Shown here piece by piece: positions 59,012 through 64,000 of a DNA stretch of 64,000 bases (positions within the stretch are counted from its first letter, which is position 1; every line of letters starts with the position of its first letter). A model generated the notes under the pieces. That model saw nothing but the letters and a program-made list of their open reading frames with translations. It searched no databases and had not been told where the DNA came from. Source of the stretch: Bacteroidota bacterium (GTDB lineage: Bacteria > Bacteroidota > Bacteroidia > AKYH767-A > 2013-40CM-41-45); NCBI GenBank assembly GCA_026391945.1, contig JAPLDA010000085.1:8320-72319 (forward strand), read 5' to 3'. The position numbers and the translations under genes were made by a program.

Positions 59012-59557
59012 TTACTCGATATTTACTTTAAGGATTTTTTTCGCTTTGTATTCACCATTCAGGCTGACCACGAGAAGATAAACTCCTTTCTGGAGCCCTG
59101 CGAAAAAGTCAACATTTAAGTCGGTTACAGCCGTACCTTGCCCGGTACTTGAATTATCATAGAGGTACAGGTACCTGGAAAATTGTATCCTGTCAAATAC
59201 ATCAAAAAGATAAATGCTGATGCTGGTGGGAAGAAGACTTTGTTTGACGTACACATACAATAAATTATCGCAGCCGGTTTTGGAAAATGCACTGACGGGA
59301 TTCGGTGAAAAATCAAAATCGAAATTATCGCAGATGCCGGGATTATTCGGAGTTACTCCTACCAATCCACCCCAGTATTGAGCCGCACACTGGTTGCGGT
59401 ATGTTTTTCCATCGCATCCGCAAACGGGCTGGTAACAATCGTAGCATTGATGGTATGGATCGGCCCGGGTGCTGTCTTTACAGGTGATGTAGGTCTGCTG
59501 ACCTTTTCCAAAAAATGGAATCAATAAGAAAACAAGGAGAAGATATTTTTTCATCAT
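59012..59557 (-). CDS. Kazal-like domain protein with a T9SS-type C-terminal sorting domain
   Basis: Signal peptide MKKYLLLVFLLIPFFGKGQ. Core ...CYQPVCGCDGKTYRNQCAAQ... matches Kazal PVCGxDGxTYxNxC. C-terminal ~80 aa (…KGVYLLVVSLNGEYKAKKILKV) look like a T9SS CTD. Confidence 0.6.
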   Translation of the reverse strand: MMKKYLLLVFLLIPFFGKGQQTYITCKDSTRADPYHQCYDCYQPVCGCDGKTYRNQCAAQYWGGLVGVTPNNPGICDNFDFDFSPNPVSAFSKTGCDNLLYVYVKQSLLPTSISIYLFDVFDRIQFSRYLYLYDNSSTGQGTAVTDLNVDFFAGLQKGVYLLVVSLNGEYKAKKILKVNIE

Positions 59558-59652
59558 GCGACCGTAAAAGTAGTGATTCATCCTCCGTGAGTCAAATTTG
59601 TTCGGAGACCTTAACGTATCTTTGTGTGAATGGATTGTAATCACCTGTAAAA

Positions 59653-60243
59653 ATGAATTTCCTGGCTCATCTTTATCTTTCGGGCGACGATCACCAGTAC
59701 ATGATTGGTAATTTTATCGCTGATTTTGTGAAGGGGAATAAAAAGGATTTGTACCCGTTGAAGATCAAACAGGGAATCGAACTGCACCGGATGATTGATG
59801 ATTTTACGGATCATCATGAAATAACAGAACGAAGCAAAGCACGCCTGCGGCATAAGTATGGAAAATATTCAGGTGTGATTGTCGATTTGTATTATGATCA
59901 CTTCCTGGCGGCTAACTTTGGAGAGTTTCATAAAATGACGTTGCATGATTTTTCAAAAAGCGTCTATGAAATTTTAGAAAAGAACAGGGAAGTCCTCCCG
60001 GAACGAGTTCATCATTTTCTCCCCTTTATGATGGAGCGGAACTGGTTGCTCAACTATGCGAGCATCGAAGGAATAGGACGGGCTTTGACCGGTTTGTCAA
60101 CCCGCGTTTCATTTGAAAATAAAATGAATGAATCCACCGTTGACCTGCAGGAACAGTATGCATCATTTGAAAATGACTTCCGGGAGTTTTTTCCATACCT
60201 CGAATCGTTTGTGAAGGATCAGATTGTTCGGTTTGATTTGTAA
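59653..60243 (+). CDS. acpH: acyl carrier protein phosphodiesterase
   Basis: MNFLAHLYLSGDD...IGNFIADFVKG N-terminus typical of AcpH (DUF479). Confidence 0.75.
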   Translation: MNFLAHLYLSGDDHQYMIGNFIADFVKGNKKDLYPLKIKQGIELHRMIDDFTDHHEITERSKARLRHKYGKYSGVIVDLYYDHFLAANFGEFHKMTLHDFSKSVYEILEKNREVLPERVHHFLPFMMERNWLLNYASIEGIGRALTGLSTRVSFENKMNESTVDLQEQYASFENDFREFFPYLESFVKDQIVRFDL

Positions 60244-61735
60244 AACATTTCGAAAAAAATGGAATGAAATCATACTAGACACCGAATTGAATGTTAATTT
60301 CGCGACTGTGAATCGTACTCTCTTTTTTATACTCTTTTATCTCTTCGTTTTGGATGCTTCAGCCCAGGAAATGTGGGGCTTCAGCAACAGTAATTTCAGC
60401 GGTAACATGGGGATTTATCTGAATCCTTCTGTGATTGTTGCGGCACCGTACAAATATGAATTTCATTTGATCAGCGGAGATGTATTCGCCCAGAATACGT
60501 ACGGCTATGTTCCCCGCAGCCATGATGCTATTATGAATGCGATCAAAGGGAAATCGTCTTCAGTCCCCGGCGAAAAGGATTTTTATGATGTGTATAATGA
60601 CCATCCGCAGACTGCCTATGCTCATGCCAACATAACCGGTCCGGCATTTTTTAAAAATGACGGAATGAGTGCATGGGGAGTTCACCTCGGTTTCAGGAAT
60701 GAAGCAAGCGCCAGCAATGTGTATTCTCCGGTTGTCAAATTTGTCTATGAAAAATATGATTACCTCCCGTTCGTTGGACAGCATTTTTCCGGCGGAGATT
60801 TTTCCACTGCTTACCTGAGCTGGGGAGAACTGGGTGGAACCTACGGTAAGGTCATCTCCGAACGGAACGATGGTTTCCTGAAAGTAGCCGGCACGCTGAA
60901 TTTTCTTGCTGGCTTCGACGGCATGTACATGGATGTGAGAAAAGTGGATTTTTCAGTTTACGATTCTTCAACAGCCGTGATTCATACCATGGACGCCACC
61001 ATCGCACATGCCTTAGCTTCCAACGGAAGTACAGGATTCGGAAGCTTTGTCACCTTGCGCGGAATCGGTGCCAGTACCACGCTTGGAGCCACCTACATCC
61101 GGCACCGGAACCGGGGAGGTTTTGACTGTAACAAAACTTCCGACAACATCCGGAAGTACCAGTACAGGATTGGTTTGTCGCTGATGGACTTCGGGTTCAT
61201 CCGTTTCAATGACCAGGCGCAAATGCTGAACCTGAACACTACCACTGATAAATTCTGGAGCAGGATCGATACGCTGAAGTTTCATTCGTTCGGTCATTTG
61301 GATTCGCTGCTGAGCGGACATGTGAATGGCTCAACAGGAACCATGGTCAATGAATCCTTCAACATGTACCTTCCTTCTGCCATCAGCATTCAGTTTGATT
61401 ATTCTTTTTCACCTCATGTGTACGGGAACATTTCGCTGGTAAACCGGATTTTTTTTACAGCTGCACAGGTGGCAAGAGGCAACCAGATGGATCTTTCACT
61501 TCGTTATGAAAAAAGAAGGTGGGAGGTCACGGGCGATTTTACACTTTATGAATACAAGGTTCCGGAAGTCGGATTAGGTTTCCGTTATTGGATTTTTGTT
61601 TTAGGAACCGACCGCCTGATGGAACTTTTAAATTTGACCGACCTCAGAAGTTTCGATGTCTTCTTCGGTCTCAAATGGAATGTATGCGACTGGAATAAAA
61701 AATCAAAAGGAAGCTGCCCGGCTTATAAAGATTAA
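60224..61735 (+). CDS. hypothetical outer-membrane-type protein (start codon uncertain)
   Basis: Internal signal-like segment LFFILFYLFVLDASAQ near the N-terminus and beta-rich composition. No firm family. Confidence 0.45.
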   Translation: MFGLICKTFRKKWNEIILDTELNVNFATVNRTLFFILFYLFVLDASAQEMWGFSNSNFSGNMGIYLNPSVIVAAPYKYEFHLISGDVFAQNTYGYVPRSHDAIMNAIKGKSSSVPGEKDFYDVYNDHPQTAYAHANITGPAFFKNDGMSAWGVHLGFRNEASASNVYSPVVKFVYEKYDYLPFVGQHFSGGDFSTAYLSWGELGGTYGKVISERNDGFLKVAGTLNFLAGFDGMYMDVRKVDFSVYDSSTAVIHTMDATIAHALASNGSTGFGSFVTLRGIGASTTLGATYIRHRNRGGFDCNKTSDNIRKYQYRIGLSLMDFGFIRFNDQAQMLNLNTTTDKFWSRIDTLKFHSFGHLDSLLSGHVNGSTGTMVNESFNMYLPSAISIQFDYSFSPHVYGNISLVNRIFFTAAQVARGNQMDLSLRYEKRRWEVTGDFTLYEYKVPEVGLGFRYWIFVLGTDRLMELLNLTDLRSFDVFFGLKWNVCDWNKKSKGSCPAYKD

Positions 61736-61882
61736 TTTTCCTTCTTCAACAATTCATCCTGTTTAGCAAAGATTAACTTCTCGTTAATACTTTTTAAGAG
61801 AGTTGATGGTTAGTTTTATCCGGTTGATGAATTGAACCAGGTATCACCGTCACCCGAAGACAAAAAAAATAAATTCATATTT

Positions 61883-64000
61883 ATGAAACATGCGTTTGCT
61901 TTTCTGACCCTGTTATTTTTTTCTGTTTTTTCATTTGCCGAAGATGCCGTTAAAACCTGCATGGCAACCAGGATCACAGTGGCTCCGAAGATTGACGGCG
62001 TATTGGATGATGCCATCTGGACGACTGCCATTCCGATTTCCGATTTCGTGATGAGCAGGCCGTTGGAAGGAGGAAAACCAACTCAACTTTCTGAAGTGAG
62101 AGTTGCTTATGATAACAAAGCCATTTACGTCGGAGCGATGTTGTATGATACGCATCCCGACAGCATCCTGCATGAATTGGGAAACAGGGACGACTACGAC
62201 CTGAATGCCGACAATTTCCGTTTCGTTGTTGATCCGTACAACCTTCGCCAGGATGCATTTGATTTTGGTGTGTATGCTTCGGGCGTGCAGACGGATTCAA
62301 AATTCACCGATCCTACTTTTAACGCAGTCTGGCAGAGTGCCGTAAAAATAAATGACAAAGGATGGGTGGTGGAAATGAGGATTCCGTATTCAGCCATCCG
62401 GTTTCCAAAAAGAGATGTTCAGGAATGGGCGATGCAATCGACACGGTATATCAGGAGAGCCCGTGAATTTGATCAGTGGTCGCTTACTCCTTCCACGGCA
62501 GCCAATGCACAGGTGTTCTGGGGAACGATGAAAGGAATGGACAACATCAAAACTCCGCTGCGCTTATCGGTGACACCTTATGCTTCCACGTACCTCGAAC
62601 GGTCGCCTGATTTTTCGTCCGCAACAGAATACCATTATTCCAATTCCTATTCTTACAACATGGGCGCTGATGTGAAATACGGAATCGATGACCGGTTTAC
62701 ACTCGACATGACCTTGCTTCCCGATTTCGGACAAACACAATCCGATAATAAAATTAAGAATCTCAGTTACCGCGAAGTGACCTACAATGAAAACCGTTCG
62801 TTCTTCAAAGAAGGAACGGATATTTTTTCGAAGAACGGATTGTTCTATACAAGAAGAATAGGGAAGACGCCGACTTTTTTTTACAACGTACTCGATTCGT
62901 TGCAGCCCGGTGAAACGGTTGAAAACAATCCATCGAGAGCGAAGCTGCTGAATGCATTTAAAATTTCCGGGCGAACGAACCAGGGAATGGGAATCGGTTT
63001 GTTCAATGCCATCACCGGCAACACGTATGCGGAATTACAGGATGCCGAAGGGAAAAAAAGAAGGGTGCTCACCGAACCTCTTACCAATTACAATGTACTG
63101 GTTGTGGATCAGCAGCTGAACAATTATTCAAATGTGTATTTCATTAACACCAACGTGATCCGTGATAAGAAGTACAACGATGCGAATGTTACAGGTTCCG
63201 GTTTCACTCTCGCCGATAAAAAAAACAGGTTTGCCGTGGATGGAAGTTATTCACTCAGCCAGTCGCTGGAGAAAAACGATTCGGTTGACAACCGGTTCAT
63301 CAACACGATGGGTTATAAATATTTCATCGGCATCAGGAAGATCAGCGGGAACTGGCAGTATGGAATCAGCCGAAACAAAATCAATGATACATACAACCAG
63401 CTTGATCTCGGGTATTACACGATTACCAACCATCAGAACACAAGAGCGTATGTTACTTATCTCTGGTACAAGCCATGGAAGGGTTTTCGAGAAGGGAACA
63501 TCAATGTTGCATCCGATTATTCTATCAATCCCATAACAGGGAAAAGAACTTTGTTCCAGCTTTACCTCGATGCATTTGCAAACCTGCTGAGTTACAACCA
63601 GGTTTTTTTCGGCGGAGGAATTGTCCCGGTTGCAAGCTTTGATTACAACGAGCCGAGAATTCCCGGGCGGTTCAACAAGACGCAACGGTTCTGGTATGCG
63701 TATATGGGTGTGAGCACGGATTACCGGAAACGACTGGCTCTTGATTTCAGTTTCAACCCGAGCAATTTCATGGATCGTTTTGTATCGGAAGGGCTCAACA
63801 CCAACACTACGTTGCGTTACCGTTTCAGTGATAAGTTTACGCTGAAGTTCACCAATAATTTCAATTATGATCCGTACAACTTCGGTGTAGCGGATTACTC
63901 CAATCCCGGTGAAATTATTTTCGGGCTGAGGGTGATGAATACGTATGAGAACATTCTTTCAGGAAAATATTTGTTCAAGAACGACATGGCGCTGACGCTG
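61883..64000 (+). CDS. DUF5916/CBM9-like domain exported protein, 3' end outside window
   Basis: Signal peptide MKHAFAFLTLLFFSVFSFA, then ...RITVAPKIDGVLDDAIWTTA.... Manual translation stays open to position 64000. Confidence 0.6.
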   Translation, partial: MKHAFAFLTLLFFSVFSFAEDAVKTCMATRITVAPKIDGVLDDAIWTTAIPISDFVMSRPLEGGKPTQLSEVRVAYDNKAIYVGAMLYDTHPDSILHELGNRDDYDLNADNFRFVVDPYNLRQDAFDFGVYASGVQTDSKFTDPTFNAVWQSAVKINDKGWVVEMRIPYSAIRFPKRDVQEWAMQSTRYIRRAREFDQWSLTPSTAANAQVFWGTMKGMDNIKTPLRLSVTPYASTYLERSPDFSSATEYHYSNSYSYNMGADVKYGIDDRFTLDMTLLPDFGQTQSDNKIKNLSYREVTYNENRSFFKEGTDIFSKNGLFYTRRIGKTPTFFYNVLDSLQPGETVENNPSRAKLLNAFKISGRTNQGMGIGLFNAITGNTYAELQDAEGKKRRVLTEPLTNYNVLVVDQQLNNYSNVYFINTNVIRDKKYNDANVTGSGFTLADKKNRFAVDGSYSLSQSLEKNDSVDNRFINTMGYKYFIGIRKISGNWQYGISRNKINDTYNQLDLGYYTITNHQNTRAYVTYLWYKPWKGFREGNINVASDYSINPITGKRTLFQLYLDAFANLLSYNQVFFGGGIVPVASFDYNEPRIPGRFNKTQRFWYAYMGVSTDYRKRLALDFSFNPSNFMDRFVSEGLNTNTTLRYRFSDKFTLKFTNNFNYDPYNFGVADYSNPGEIIFGLRVMNTYENILSGKYLFKNDMALTL

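Overview
This 64-kb window looks like a Bacteroidota chromosome segment, possibly of the Chitinophagia or Sphingobacteriia type. The indicators are SusC/SusD, several T9SS C-terminal sorting domains, DUF349, DUF1573 and DUF3127, and one TAnnTTTG -7 box matched ahead of rpmE2. Coding density is high (about 55 CDS) on both strands, and I found no rRNA, tRNA, transposase or integrase genes and no CRISPR array. Housekeeping content: M13 peptidase, mnmA, sucA, surE, lpxB, comEC, mpl, aroE, mazG, peroxiredoxin, rlmE, ZIP transporter, pfkA, L31 type B, lon, an ECF sigma/anti-sigma/Spy-like operon, a split transketolase, hslR, ychF and acpH. The most unusual item is a 1333-aa secreted protein (30006-34007) with four tandem ~196-aa modules. 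In each module a plastocyanin/amicyanin-like type-1 copper domain (H...C-x2-H-x2-M) sits inside a SprB-type repeat, and two MopE-like Asp/Cys metal-binding motifs follow. The second is a solitary Cas6-like RAMP protein (58216-59001) with a C-terminal GhGxxxxxGhG glycine-rich loop but no array or other cas genes in the window. Other points worth a look: a receiver domain with a C-terminal membrane anchor, a T9SS cargo protein built from novel W-D-R/PG-Y-Q-ID repeats, a histone-H1-like/SWIB fusion, a Kazal-like T9SS cargo protein, a VWA gene between the two transketolase halves, a minimal SusC/SusD pair beside paralogous small beta-barrel genes, and a repeat-rich region upstream of rpmE2.
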